Assembly: GCA_963639865.1 (NCBI GenBank)
Contig: CAVHWO010000043.1
Location: 2,113 to 66,112 of the forward strand
Length of the DNA: 64,000 bases
Source: a bacterium
GTDB lineage: Bacteria > Bacteroidota > Bacteroidia > Bacteroidales > UBA932
Direction of reading: 5' to 3'
The translations under genes and the position numbers were made by a program. Below, one piece after another: positions 9,336 through 19,050 of the stretch. Each line of letters begins with the position of its first letter. The first letter of the stretch is position 1. The notes under the pieces are model-generated. The model worked only from the letters and a program-made list of their open reading frames with translations, was not told the origin of the DNA and did not search any database.

Positions 9336-10550
9336 ATGATTATTCTTGTTATCAATTGCGGAAGTTCCTCCATCAAGTACCAGCTGCTTGACATGAAGAA
9401 CGATGATGTCTATGAGCTTTTGGCCAAGGGAATAGTAGAGAAAATAGGTCTTGAATGCGGGAGGCTCCAGCACACTCCGGCAGGAAAGGATAAGGTTGTC
9501 AGGGATCTCCCGGTGCCGGACCACACGGTCGGAATGCAGATCGTGCTTGAGGCGCTTATCGACAAGGATCACGGTGTCCTCAAGTCATTCGACGACATCG
9601 AGGCTGTCGGCCACCGGATCGTGCAGGGCGCCGATTTCTTCTCCGGAAGCGCCATTGTGGACGAGGACGTGATAAAGAAGATCGACTTCTGCTGCGACTT
9701 CGCCCCTCTTCACAACCCTGCCCACCTCCTCGGAATCAGGGCCTGCCAGGAGGTTCTGCCGTCTGTCCCTCAGGTCGTCACGTTCGACACGGCATTCCAC
9801 CAGACGATGCCGTCTTACACATACATGTACGGACTTCCTTATGAGTATTATGACAAGTACCACATCCGCCGTTACGGAGCTCACGGCACCAGCCATCAGT
9901 TTGTGGCCAACAAGGGTGCGGCGATGGTCGGTCTCGACATCAACAACTCAAGGATAATCACCTGCCACATCGGCAACGGAAGTTCCATCACCGCGATCGT
10001 GAACGGAAAGTCGATTGACACCTCGATGGGTCTCACGCCGCTTGAGGGTCTTGTCATGGGGACCCGTTGCGGTGACGTGGACGCCAACGCCATCCTCTAC
10101 ATGATGAAGAAGGAGAACCTGACTCCGGATCAGATGTACGACATCGTGAACAAGAAAAGCGGCTTTCTGGGCGTTTCCCAGAAGACTTCAGATGCCCGTG
10201 AGCTGGACGACCTTGCCAATGGCGGGAACCGTCAGGCCAAACTTGTCCTCAAGATGCTGACATTCCAGATGATAAAGTACATCGGAGCGTACACCGCTGA
10301 GATGAACGGCGTTGACGCCATCTTCTTCACCGGAGGCATCGGCGAGCACAACAGCCGTCTGCGCCGCAGGGTCTGTGAGAACTTCACTTATCTCGGACTG
10401 GCCTTCGACTACGAGGCCAACACCGCATGGGGAGTGGACACGGTCATCTCGCTGCCGGAGTCAAAGGTAAAGGTCGCTCTTGTCACCACCGACGAGGAAC
10501 TTGTCATCGCGCGTGACACGATGCATCTTGTTCAGAGCCTGGATGAGTAG
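9336..10550 (+). CDS. ackA: Acetate/propionate kinase
   Basis: ILVINCGSSSIKYQL, APLHNP, FDTAFH, HGTSH, DTSMGLTPLEGLVMGTRCGD, TDEEL. Confidence 0.93.
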   Translation: MIILVINCGSSSIKYQLLDMKNDDVYELLAKGIVEKIGLECGRLQHTPAGKDKVVRDLPVPDHTVGMQIVLEALIDKDHGVLKSFDDIEAVGHRIVQGADFFSGSAIVDEDVIKKIDFCCDFAPLHNPAHLLGIRACQEVLPSVPQVVTFDTAFHQTMPSYTYMYGLPYEYYDKYHIRRYGAHGTSHQFVANKGAAMVGLDINNSRIITCHIGNGSSITAIVNGKSIDTSMGLTPLEGLVMGTRCGDVDANAILYMMKKENLTPDQMYDIVNKKSGFLGVSQKTSDARELDDLANGGNRQAKLVLKMLTFQMIKYIGAYTAEMNGVDAIFFTGGIGEHNSRLRRRVCENFTYLGLAFDYEANTAWGVDTVISLPESKVKVALVTTDEELVIARDTMHLVQSLDE

Positions 10551-10574
10551 AATTGATTTAAAAACAGAGATATA

Positions 10575-11486
10575 ATGATCACAAAATTCGCTGACGTGTT
10601 CGCCGAACTCAAAGAGAAAGGCGTATGCAAAAGGATGGTGGCCGCATGGGCGGTGGATGAGCACACGATCGAGGCCTGCGCAAAGGCGTCCGAGATGGGG
10701 TTCGTCAAGGTCACTCTCGTAGGTGACAAGGAACTCATCAAGGAGACATGCTCGAAGAACAACATTGACATCGATCTTTTCGAGATTGTCAACGAGCCTG
10801 TCGAGCTCAAGGCTGTCTCAAAGGCGGTGCAGCTTGTCCACGACGGTGAGGGCGATGTGCTGATGAAAGGACTTTGCTCCACGGACAAGTTCCTCCGCGC
10901 CATCCTGAACAAGGAGACCGGGCTTCTTCCTCCGAAGGGAGTGTTGAGCCATGTCGGGGTCATCGAGACTCCAAACTATCACAAACTCCTCTTCCTGTCT
11001 GACATGGCCGTGATTCCTCTTCCTGATTTCCGTCAGAAGATAAAGATTGCCGGCTATCTTGTCGGTGTGGCCAAGTCATTCGGAATCGCGAAGCCTAAAC
11101 TCGCGTTCATCGCCGCTTCGGAGCAGGTTCTTGACTCCATGCCGGCATGCATGGAGGCTGCGGCCCTCGCCAAGATGGCTGACCGTGGACAGATAAAGGG
11201 ATGCATCGCTGACGGCCCTCTGGCCCTGGATGTGGCCATCGACGAGGAGTCTGTCGAAATCAAGAGGCTTGTCAGCCCTGTGGCCGGTGACGCTGACTGT
11301 CTTGAGTTCCCTAACATCGAGTCAGCCAATGTGTTCTGGAAGACCAACTCAAAACTGGCCGTCGGTGTCAGGCAGGCGGGGATGCTTGTCGGAACAACCG
11401 TCCCTTGCGTGCTCGCGAGCCGCGCCGACAGCGTTGACACCAAACTGAACTCCATCGCGGAGGCCGTGATGTTCGTCAACAAGTAG
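10575..11486 (+). CDS. Phosphate acyltransferase, Ptb-like (PTA/PTB family)
   Basis: DVLMKG, DGPLALDVAI, SPVAGDAD, SRADS; about 300 aa, Ptb-type length. Confidence 0.85.
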   Translation: MITKFADVFAELKEKGVCKRMVAAWAVDEHTIEACAKASEMGFVKVTLVGDKELIKETCSKNNIDIDLFEIVNEPVELKAVSKAVQLVHDGEGDVLMKGLCSTDKFLRAILNKETGLLPPKGVLSHVGVIETPNYHKLLFLSDMAVIPLPDFRQKIKIAGYLVGVAKSFGIAKPKLAFIAASEQVLDSMPACMEAAALAKMADRGQIKGCIADGPLALDVAIDEESVEIKRLVSPVAGDADCLEFPNIESANVFWKTNSKLAVGVRQAGMLVGTTVPCVLASRADSVDTKLNSIAEAVMFVNK

Positions 11487-11488
11487 GA

Positions 11489-12820
11489 TCAATAGTCAAA
11501 CCATTCCTCGTCGCCGGTGCCGGAGGTCTCCTGATGAGGTGGATAGAACATGTTCCTCGGAGGAAACTTCGAGGAATATTTTGTTTTGAGCCTGTCGAAA
11601 AGCTCGGCTGTGTGGCGTGCCAGTCCCGGTCCCTTGTAGGTGCTTGTGTTGGAGATGAAAATCCAGCATTCCCCGTCAGGGAAGTACTTGATCAGGGCAC
11701 TTGTTCCGGCGAACGTTCCGGTTCGTGTCCAGCAGCCGTCCTTGGTGTCGTTCCAGCCGAGGGAGTAGGTGTTCTCGTCAAAATATTCAGTCATCAGAGC
11801 GACGCTTTCCGGGCTGATGATGTCCGGCACTTCCGGTTTTCCGTCTATGGAGGCCACCAGCAGCGCCAGCTCCGGAGTCGATGCGGCCCAGGCTCCGGCT
11901 CCGGAAAGGCCTGTCACATTATTCCCTCCGTAGCAGCGGGTCACTTTCCTGCCGCTGTTGTTGAACTCCTCCGCCGGTTCGTCATCGTGCTGGACGTAGT
12001 AGCGTGTCTCGTTTGGGAGCCTGTCCTCGTAGTAGTTTCCTGCAATGTGGAAATCGACACATCCCGCAGGCCGCAGGACATTCTCCTGCATGAATGTCTC
12101 GTAGTCCGTCCCGCTTGCCTTCTCGATCATCATCGAAAGGGCGAGGTAACCGAAATTTGAATATTCCTGTGAGGCCCCCGGGGCGAACTTGAGCCTTCTT
12201 TTCAGCTGTGTCACCATCAGTTGCTCTTTGGTAGGAACCTCGCACCAGCCGTTCTGCATCATTATCCAGCGGGTGGAGAACATCGGGTCGCCGCCTCTTC
12301 TGGAAAATCCGCCCTTGTGCCGGAGCAGATCCTCGACCGTGATCCTGTAGTAGAGGGTGTCCTTTATGGCGGCGTTGTAGATGGAATCGTTCAGGACTCC
12401 GTCCGGACCGAAAACGCGGTCCTTGAGACTCAGCCGTCCTCTTTCCTGCAGGACCATGATCCCCACGGCTGTCACCAGTTTGGAGACGGACGCCATCCTG
12501 AGGATGTTTCCGGGTTCCATCTCTTTTCCGGTGTCGGCTTCCCCGTATCCCTTGGCCAGCAGCAGCGAGTCGTTTCTCATTACGGAAAGTGAAGCTCCGT
12601 GAATGCCCCAATAGGTCAGGTAGTCCTTGACCATCCTGTCGAAACCTGCCAAGGAGGATGTGTCCGACATCGCGTTCGTCAGGGTCACGTTGAGATTGAC
12701 TGGAACGGGACGGGACTTCTGTTCCGCCGACGTTCTTTTCCCGGCGATGATGACGGACAGGACGGCGAAAAGACCCGCCGCTGAGGTCAGGATTACCCTT
12801 GTTGTTCTGGACACAGGCAT
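11489..12820 (-). CDS. Serine hydrolase, beta-lactamase class C / PBP-like
   Basis: SxxK (ASVSK), YxN (YSNFGY), DLLRHKGG, RTG; N-terminal anchor. Confidence 0.88.
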   Translation of the reverse strand: MPVSRTTRVILTSAAGLFAVLSVIIAGKRTSAEQKSRPVPVNLNVTLTNAMSDTSSLAGFDRMVKDYLTYWGIHGASLSVMRNDSLLLAKGYGEADTGKEMEPGNILRMASVSKLVTAVGIMVLQERGRLSLKDRVFGPDGVLNDSIYNAAIKDTLYYRITVEDLLRHKGGFSRRGGDPMFSTRWIMMQNGWCEVPTKEQLMVTQLKRRLKFAPGASQEYSNFGYLALSMMIEKASGTDYETFMQENVLRPAGCVDFHIAGNYYEDRLPNETRYYVQHDDEPAEEFNNSGRKVTRCYGGNNVTGLSGAGAWAASTPELALLVASIDGKPEVPDIISPESVALMTEYFDENTYSLGWNDTKDGCWTRTGTFAGTSALIKYFPDGECWIFISNTSTYKGPGLARHTAELFDRLKTKYSSKFPPRNMFYPPHQETSGTGDEEWFDY

Positions 12821-12824
12821 ATTC

Positions 12825-13454
12825 CTAAATCAGTCCGGCCTTTCTGCCGAAGTCAATGATGAAGTCAGCCGTCCCTTCGATTCCGAGGATTGAGGAGTCG
12901 ATGCAGAGATCGTAGTCTGATGACACTCCCCAGTTGCCGAATGTGAAGAAATTGTAGTAAGTTTCCCTTGTCCTGTCCTGCCTTTCGATTCTTGCGCGAG
13001 CGTCGTCCACGCTTATTTCAAGCCGCATGGCAACTCTTTCCACACGATCCTCCAAAGGTGCGCAGACAAAGACATCCAGGCGCTTCCTGTCCCTGAGGAT
13101 GTAGTTGGAGCATCTGCCGACAAAGATCGCGGGGCCTTTGTCCGCTATGTTCCTGATGACCTCGCTTTGGATTTTGAAAAGCTCGTTGTCCCCGACATAG
13201 TTCTGTGCGCCGCCGAACCTTACGTTTCCGAAGAATGAGGACATGTTGAACAGGCTTCTTCTCTCGTCGCTGCGCATCAGCAGTTCCTTGCTGAAGCCGC
13301 TCTCGTCGGCCGCCTTGGAAATCAATTCGTTGTCGTAGACAGGGATGCCGAGAGACTCGCTGATTTTCTGTGCGACGAGTTTCCCGCCGCTTCCGAACTG
13401 TCGTCCGATGTTGATAATTGTGTTTTGTCCGTTCATATTCATCAGTGTTGTCAT
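12825..13454 (-). CDS. Cytidylate kinase-like family protein
   Basis: IINIGRQFGSGG P-loop, IFVGRC, YDLCIDSS. Confidence 0.88.
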   Translation of the reverse strand: MTTLMNMNGQNTIINIGRQFGSGGKLVAQKISESLGIPVYDNELISKAADESGFSKELLMRSDERRSLFNMSSFFGNVRFGGAQNYVGDNELFKIQSEVIRNIADKGPAIFVGRCSNYILRDRKRLDVFVCAPLEDRVERVAMRLEISVDDARARIERQDRTRETYYNFFTFGNWGVSSDYDLCIDSSILGIEGTADFIIDFGRKAGLI

Positions 13455-14848
13455 GAGATCGCGCTGCCAAGGATCGTAGGTTCGTCACCGTCCTTCAGCC
13501 TGCTGAACTTACGCATCAGGCTGTGGATCATGAAGAGGGTCGTTATAGCGGCCAGAGCGTCAGATATCGGGAAAGCCGCGAAAACTCCGTGAACGTCGAA
13601 GAAGACCGGCATAAGGTACAGCAGCGGCACGAGATAGAGAAGCTGTCGGCTGAGTGACAGGAAAATAGACTTCCTGACCATTCCGAGACTTTGGAAAAGG
13701 TTGGTCGAGACCATCTGCCATCCCACAACCAGCACTACCGGATTCATCACCCTCAATCCTTTCTCGGCCACCTCCTTGAGGCTCGGGTCATTGGTGAATA
13801 TGCTGACCAGCACCTCTGGAAAGAACTCCGAGGCCACGAACCAGAGCCCCGTGATTATGGTAGCCCAGATCGATGTGCGCAGGAAGACTTCCCGGACTCT
13901 GGAATATCTCCTCGCCCCGAAGTTGTACCCTGCGATAGGTTGCATCCCCTGGTTGAATCCCATGACGATCATGATGAACAGGAAGTTGATCCTGTTGATG
14001 ATCCCGAACGCTCCGATGGCGAGATCGCCGCCGTATTTGAGCAGTTGCTGGTTGATGAACATTGTCACGATGCACGATGCCGAGTTCATCAGGAACGGAC
14101 CCATTCCGATTGACAATGAGTCTTTCGCTATCCTCCATTCGAATCCGAAAAACTTCCTGGGCAACCGGAGGACGTTGTCTTTCCGGGTGAAATAGTAGAT
14201 TGAATATGTCAGTGAGATGACCTGGCAGAGGACTGTCGCGAGCGCAGCTCCGCGGACACCCATTCCGAAGGTGAAGATGAATATCGGGTCCAGGACACTG
14301 TTGAGGATCACCGTGAACAGGGTCAGCCCCATCGCCATCTTGGGGTTGCCGGAGGAACGGATGACGTTGTTGAGGCCGAAATAGAGGTGGGTGACGACAT
14401 TTCCGTAGAGGATGATCTCCATGTAGTCCCTGGCGTATTGCAGCGTGTTGTCGCTTGCTCCGAAGAAGTAAAGGATCGGATCAAGGAACATCAGGCAGAA
14501 CGCCGTGAACAAGAGCCCGACGATGCAGTTGAGTGTCACCTCGTTTGCCAGGATCTTGTTGGCTATCTTATAGTTCCTTTGTCCGAGCAGTACGGAGATC
14601 ATTGTCGCCGCTCCGACACCGACAAGGGTGCCGAGCGCCGTGCTGAGGTTCATCAGCGGGAACGTGACCGCAAGTCCGGAGATGGCCAGCGATCCTGTCC
14701 CGGGCATGTGCCCGATGTAGATGCTGTCCACCATATTATAGAGAGAAGACGCAGTCATGGCGATGATTCCAGGGACTGCGTACTTCTTGAGGAGTTTGCC
14801 GATGCTTTCACTTCCAAGCTCTGTCGGAGCCGTCTGTGTCTGTGTCAT
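13451..14848 (-). CDS. MATE family efflux transporter (MepA-like)
   Basis: LYNMVDSIYIG, LDPIFIF..GMGVRGAALAT, QGMQPIAGYNFGA. Confidence 0.93.
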   Translation of the reverse strand: MTQTQTAPTELGSESIGKLLKKYAVPGIIAMTASSLYNMVDSIYIGHMPGTGSLAISGLAVTFPLMNLSTALGTLVGVGAATMISVLLGQRNYKIANKILANEVTLNCIVGLLFTAFCLMFLDPILYFFGASDNTLQYARDYMEIILYGNVVTHLYFGLNNVIRSSGNPKMAMGLTLFTVILNSVLDPIFIFTFGMGVRGAALATVLCQVISLTYSIYYFTRKDNVLRLPRKFFGFEWRIAKDSLSIGMGPFLMNSASCIVTMFINQQLLKYGGDLAIGAFGIINRINFLFIMIVMGFNQGMQPIAGYNFGARRYSRVREVFLRTSIWATIITGLWFVASEFFPEVLVSIFTNDPSLKEVAEKGLRVMNPVVLVVGWQMVSTNLFQSLGMVRKSIFLSLSRQLLYLVPLLYLMPVFFDVHGVFAAFPISDALAAITTLFMIHSLMRKFSRLKDGDEPTILGSAIS

Positions 14849-14853
14849 ATTTC

Positions 14854-15897
14854 TTATGGTTCGTCAACGATTTCGATCTCAAACGTCAGAGGAGCGTATT
14901 TAGGGATGGTGCTGCCGCTTCCGCTGTAGCCGTAACCAAGATAGGAGTAGAACGCGCATACGCCTTTCTCGTAGGCCTTCATCTTGGACAGGCAGTAGGC
15001 GAACCCGTTGATGACGGTGCTGCCGTCCGAACTGCTCGACCCTCCGAGGGTGATGTCGGTGTAGGTCTCGCTCAACGTCACCTTCTGCGGTTCGTAGGTG
15101 TTTGAGGAGGAGTATATTCCGTAGAACTTCGCGGTGTCCTCCACAGTGGTGTCGAACACCTGCCCGTTCAGCAGCCTTCCTGTGTAGTTGATGTAGAACG
15201 TCGTGTCGCGAGGCAGGGTGGTGGTGTCTGTGGGTGCCTTGAGCTGTTGGTAGTAGTAGCCGTAGAATGTGGAATCCACGTCGTCCATCACATGCGCCGT
15301 GTACCGCTCAAGGGAATCGACCTCCCATTTGTAGATGTCGTCGGTCTTGTCCGTCAGGGTGATGGTGTAGATGGCATTTGTCCCGGACTCGTTCTCGAAA
15401 TAATCGTCGCCGGTCTCGTAGTTCTCATTGCCGTCAAGGGTCACGTTGAGCCACCCCGGGATGACGGCTGTCCTTGTGCCGCCGACATTCATGCCCTTGA
15501 TCATCTCAAGGATTCCCACCTGGGTGGCGAGTCCGGAGTTCAGCACCACTGTCGGGCCGTAGTAGTTGCCTTTGGTGTAGGATCCGATCTGTTGCGCGGT
15601 CCTCTCTTCGGACGTGCTCCCTATGGTGCCGTCCAGGTCAGTGGCCGTGTACCGGATGAAGAGGAAGTAGTCATCATCGGAGACGGCACCGCCTGTCCCC
15701 GGCTGGTCGTCGATGATGTAGATTCCGAGACCGGAAGGCGTGACATCCGGGTGATGGACGCTGAGCCATGCGTCAAGGTAAAGCTTGTTGTCTCCGTTCT
15801 TTGACTCAGTGGCTTCTTTGGCGCAGGCGCCTGCCATCGTGGCCACGGCAGCCGTGATCCCACAGAACTTGATGATCTTGTTTCTGAATATGCTCAT
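14854..15897 (-). CDS. Lipoprotein with two FKBP-type PPIase domains
   Basis: Lipobox AGA-C; INYTGRLLNGQVFDTT, LGYG..GSGSTIPKYAPLTFEI; second degenerate FKBP domain N-terminally. Confidence 0.85.
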   Translation of the reverse strand: MSIFRNKIIKFCGITAAVATMAGACAKEATESKNGDNKLYLDAWLSVHHPDVTPSGLGIYIIDDQPGTGGAVSDDDYFLFIRYTATDLDGTIGSTSEERTAQQIGSYTKGNYYGPTVVLNSGLATQVGILEMIKGMNVGGTRTAVIPGWLNVTLDGNENYETGDDYFENESGTNAIYTITLTDKTDDIYKWEVDSLERYTAHVMDDVDSTFYGYYYQQLKAPTDTTTLPRDTTFYINYTGRLLNGQVFDTTVEDTAKFYGIYSSSNTYEPQKVTLSETYTDITLGGSSSSDGSTVINGFAYCLSKMKAYEKGVCAFYSYLGYGYSGSGSTIPKYAPLTFEIEIVDEP

Positions 15898-15915
15898 GTC
15901 AAATTTCTTTCGTTG

Positions 15916-16479
15916 CTATTTGTTGGCGACGTCCGTTATCCACAAATGGTAGGCCAGCGCCGAGTTTCCCGGCACATTTCCGGTCTTGTGTTTCCCGAAA
16001 CCGTATTTGCCGTTGAAGAGAATGTAGCACTCATCTCCGCCCCGGACCCCGATGATTCCTTTTTTCAGGCCCTTCACGAGAGCGTCATTGGAGAGATCGA
16101 TCGTGCTGACCCTGAACAAGGTGGTGTCCGACACGGTCCATTGCGCCGACTCGGCGAGCTCCTTGCTGTTGGTGGCGAACAGGTTGCCGGAGGACAGGCT
16201 TGAGCCGCTGACCTGATAGCCGGCGTAATAGAAAGACACCGTGCCGCCGCTTTCCAGCGTACTGCCTTCCCCGTGCGTAACCGTGACCCTGACGGATCCG
16301 TCAAGATAGTCCACAGTCGCATCGGAACCCTCTGGCGCGAGAGAATTGACTATGGATTCGATATAACTGTCCTGCTGGGTGTAGGCGTTCTCGGTTTCGG
16401 TCTTGCTGCAGGATGAGGAGAGCTGCAAGGCTGCGGCAAGGACTGTTAGAACGGGTATTATGAGATGATTCTTCGTCAT
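15916..16479 (-). CDS. FKBP-type PPIase lipoprotein
   Basis: Lipobox SSS-C; LVKGLKKGI, YGFG, VPGNSALAYHL. Confidence 0.8.
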   Translation of the reverse strand: MTKNHLIIPVLTVLAAALQLSSSCSKTETENAYTQQDSYIESIVNSLAPEGSDATVDYLDGSVRVTVTHGEGSTLESGGTVSFYYAGYQVSGSSLSSGNLFATNSKELAESAQWTVSDTTLFRVSTIDLSNDALVKGLKKGIIGVRGGDECYILFNGKYGFGKHKTGNVPGNSALAYHLWITDVANK

Positions 16480-17501
16480 ATTCCAAAAAACTCTCCGGTC
16501 GCTCTCAAAATGTATGCCTCCGCGTCATCGGCGGAGACCAGATCCTTGCCGACGGTGAGTTTTCCTCCTGCTGCCAGTTCATGTCCGCCTCCGTTGAAGT
16601 GCCGCGCCGCGCAGGCGTTGGCTGATGTCCCTTTTTTCGACCTGACGGAAACCTTGAACATGTCGTCTTCCTGGGTCAGGAATATGCTCATGCGCACCGC
16701 CGCGATTGACAGCGGCATGTTCACGAACCCTTCGCTTTCGCCTTTCCGGAAGTCGAATCTTTTCTGTGTCCGCTCGTCCAGGATGATGTAGGCGACTCCG
16801 CAAGGCGTTATCCTTAATTTTTCCACCATCAGGAACCCCATGAGTCTCAAGCGGTTTTCCCGATAGTTGTGGTACAGTTCGGACAGGATCGCATCCCGGT
16901 CGACTCCGGCTTCAATCAGCCTTGAGGCCATCTCGAACGTGCTTGGAAAGACCGAGTTTGAGAAATTGTTCGTGTCCGTGGTCATTCCGGTGAGCAGGGC
17001 GGCGGCGCACCTTGGCGGCAGGGCCGAGGCTTTGCCTGCGATGTCCGGCATCTCCATCAGGATCCAGAACAGAAGCTCGCTTGCGGAGGAGATCTCCGTC
17101 TGCGAGAACACGACCTCGAACGACTCTCTCTCGGGATTCAGATGGTGGTCTATCAGGATTTTGCGCGCGTCTGATTCCCGAAGGATTGTCTCCATCCTCT
17201 CTGTTCTGGAGAAAGAATTGCAGTCCAGACAGATGACGAGGTCGCTGGATGCGATCCGCTTTCCGGTCACCTCCCGGTCCTCATCGAACGACAGGACCCT
17301 TGCCCCTCCCGTGATGAAGGAGAGCGATTCCGGAACACAGTCCGGAACGATCAGGACGGCATCCTTGCCTTTGACTTCCGCCAGATAGCTTGACAAAGCC
17401 ACGCCGCTGCCTAACGCATCTCCGTCCGGATGGGTGTGGACGACGATGGTTATGCGGTCGGAACTGCCCGCCAGTCTGTCTAAAACTGTGATATCTTTCA
17501 T
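16476..17501 (-). CDS. nrnA: DHH/DHHA1 phosphoesterase (NrnA-like nanoRNase/pAp phosphatase)
   Basis: HTHPDGDALGS, IDHH, TDTNNF, VSVRS, GGGHELAAG; start moved to ATG at 17501. Confidence 0.88.
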   Translation of the reverse strand: MKDITVLDRLAGSSDRITIVVHTHPDGDALGSGVALSSYLAEVKGKDAVLIVPDCVPESLSFITGGARVLSFDEDREVTGKRIASSDLVICLDCNSFSRTERMETILRESDARKILIDHHLNPERESFEVVFSQTEISSASELLFWILMEMPDIAGKASALPPRCAAALLTGMTTDTNNFSNSVFPSTFEMASRLIEAGVDRDAILSELYHNYRENRLRLMGFLMVEKLRITPCGVAYIILDERTQKRFDFRKGESEGFVNMPLSIAAVRMSIFLTQEDDMFKVSVRSKKGTSANACAARHFNGGGHELAAGGKLTVGKDLVSADDAEAYILRATGEFFGI

Positions 17502-17510
17502 TGCTGTCTG

Positions 17511-17560
17511 CAAAATTACAAATATTATATTGCATTTCATAAATCAATTTTCTAACTTTG
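17511..17560. promoter_or_regulatory. Divergent -7 elements (nrnA / hypothetical)
   Basis: Minus TAATTTTG at 17511-17518; plus TAACTTTG at 17553-17560. Confidence 0.6.
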
Positions 17561-17617
17561 TCAAGAATTGGCGTATAGTCTTTTCACCGGTAAGAAAAAC
17601 ATAAAAAAACAGGAATA

Positions 17618-18331
17618 ATGAACAAGACACTGAAAACGGTCATCTGCATCGTGCTCGCGCTTTGCGCAATCTTTTTAGTCTACAAGATCTATGACGGCAT
17701 CATGGAGCCTGTAAGATTCAACAAGGAAGTTGAGGCCAGACAGAAGGTTGCGGTTCAGAGACTGAAGGACATCCGTGATCTTCAGGTTGCCTTCAAGGGC
17801 GTGAACGAGAGGTTCACCGCCTCGTTCGACACTCTCAAGCAGTTCTACAACAACGGCCAGATGGTCGTTCTCATGCAGGTCGGCTCAAAGGATGATTCCC
17901 TTGCCGTCGCCCACACCAACGAAATCAAGAAGTCTCACAGAGGCATCACCGATGAGGGACTCTACAAGCTTTATAAGGAAGGTGACAAGAATCTCGTGTT
18001 CTCCATTCAGAACAAGATCGCTGTGAAGGACACGCTCTTCCACAGCAGGCCTGATTTTGACATCAACACTATTGATGAGATTCCGTTCGCCTCCGAGGGT
18101 GAGGCTGTGGCGGCCGTCACAAAGATCGAGATGGATGCCGTCATCAAGAAGGTCTCCGGTGTGAACGTCCCTCTGTTTGAGGCCAAGATGCCTTGGAAGT
18201 CCATTCTTAACGGTCTGAACCATCAGTTGATTGTCAACAAGGTGGCCGAGTGCGGGGATCAGGGCCGTTATGAGGGTCTGATGGTCGGCAGCATTACCGC
18301 TCCTAACAACAATGTCGGTAACTGGGAGTAA
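17618..18331 (+). CDS. Conserved Bacteroidota membrane-anchored hypothetical protein
   Basis: N-terminal TM helix, RLKDIR..Q, PLFEAK, C-terminal GLMVGS...GNWE. Confidence 0.8.
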   Translation: MNKTLKTVICIVLALCAIFLVYKIYDGIMEPVRFNKEVEARQKVAVQRLKDIRDLQVAFKGVNERFTASFDTLKQFYNNGQMVVLMQVGSKDDSLAVAHTNEIKKSHRGITDEGLYKLYKEGDKNLVFSIQNKIAVKDTLFHSRPDFDINTIDEIPFASEGEAVAAVTKIEMDAVIKKVSGVNVPLFEAKMPWKSILNGLNHQLIVNKVAECGDQGRYEGLMVGSITAPNNNVGNWE

Positions 18332-18357
18332 ACGGAAGAAACCCCTGTTCGGCATAG

Positions 18358-19050
18358 ATGGATTGGAATCCAACACGGAAGGTAAACGGAATATCCATTC
18401 AAGTCTGCTTGAATGGATATTCTTTTAAGGTGTCGGGCGGAGAGTCTTCGGTGGAGTCCGGATGGCGCGGTGCCGACACCGTTTTCACCGCCCCGGAACT
18501 CCAGCGAAGGTATGAGCGTGTGGAAGTGTCGCTTCTGACTCCGAAGGTGGCGTTGGTTCCGGCATCCTTTTTTGATAAGTCCGCAATGCGCCGGAGTCTG
18601 GCTGACACCGTCATTCTGGATGAGTCTGACGAGGTACGTCATGTGGCTCTTCCGGAGTATGCCGCCGAGTTGGTGTACTCCCTGTCGATAGGGGAGATGC
18701 TCTCAAGGACAATCGCCCATGCCGTATGCGACACTGAGGGCCGGACAGCGGAAGTCTTTCCGGAGATGTACTGCATACTGAAGGATCTCACGGAGATCAC
18801 TGAACATAACAGAATCGTTGCGTCCTATGCTGCCGGCTTCCTTCATCTGGGGATTTCGCAGGACCGTAACCTGCTTTTGGCCAACGTGTTCCGTGCCGAG
18901 GACTTCACAACGGCCGAGTATTTCCTGTTCATGGCCGTAAAGAGGCTCCAGCTTAATCCCGAGGTCTCGTCGGTCTATTTCAGGACTCCGTTGGCCGAGG
19001 ATGAGAGGATGTCCCTTTACCGCTATTTCAAATCAGTCGAAAGGCTATGA
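18358..19050 (+). CDS. DUF3822 family protein
   Basis: ISIQVCLNGYSF, LVPASFF, LLLANVF...DF..YF; position upstream of rsmD. Confidence 0.7.
   Translation: MDWNPTRKVNGISIQVCLNGYSFKVSGGESSVESGWRGADTVFTAPELQRRYERVEVSLLTPKVALVPASFFDKSAMRRSLADTVILDESDEVRHVALPEYAAELVYSLSIGEMLSRTIAHAVCDTEGRTAEVFPEMYCILKDLTEITEHNRIVASYAAGFLHLGISQDRNLLLANVFRAEDFTTAEYFLFMAVKRLQLNPEVSSVYFRTPLAEDERMSLYRYFKSVERL

Noticed and set aside
11588..11599. GAGCCTGTCGAA match to the REP arm
   Set aside because: Inside a coding sequence (encodes FDRL) with no partner arm; likely chance
11489..12820. Beta-lactam resistance gene
   Set aside because: Generic serine-hydrolase motifs (RTG rather than KTG) in a housekeeping operon; cannot be called a beta-lactamase
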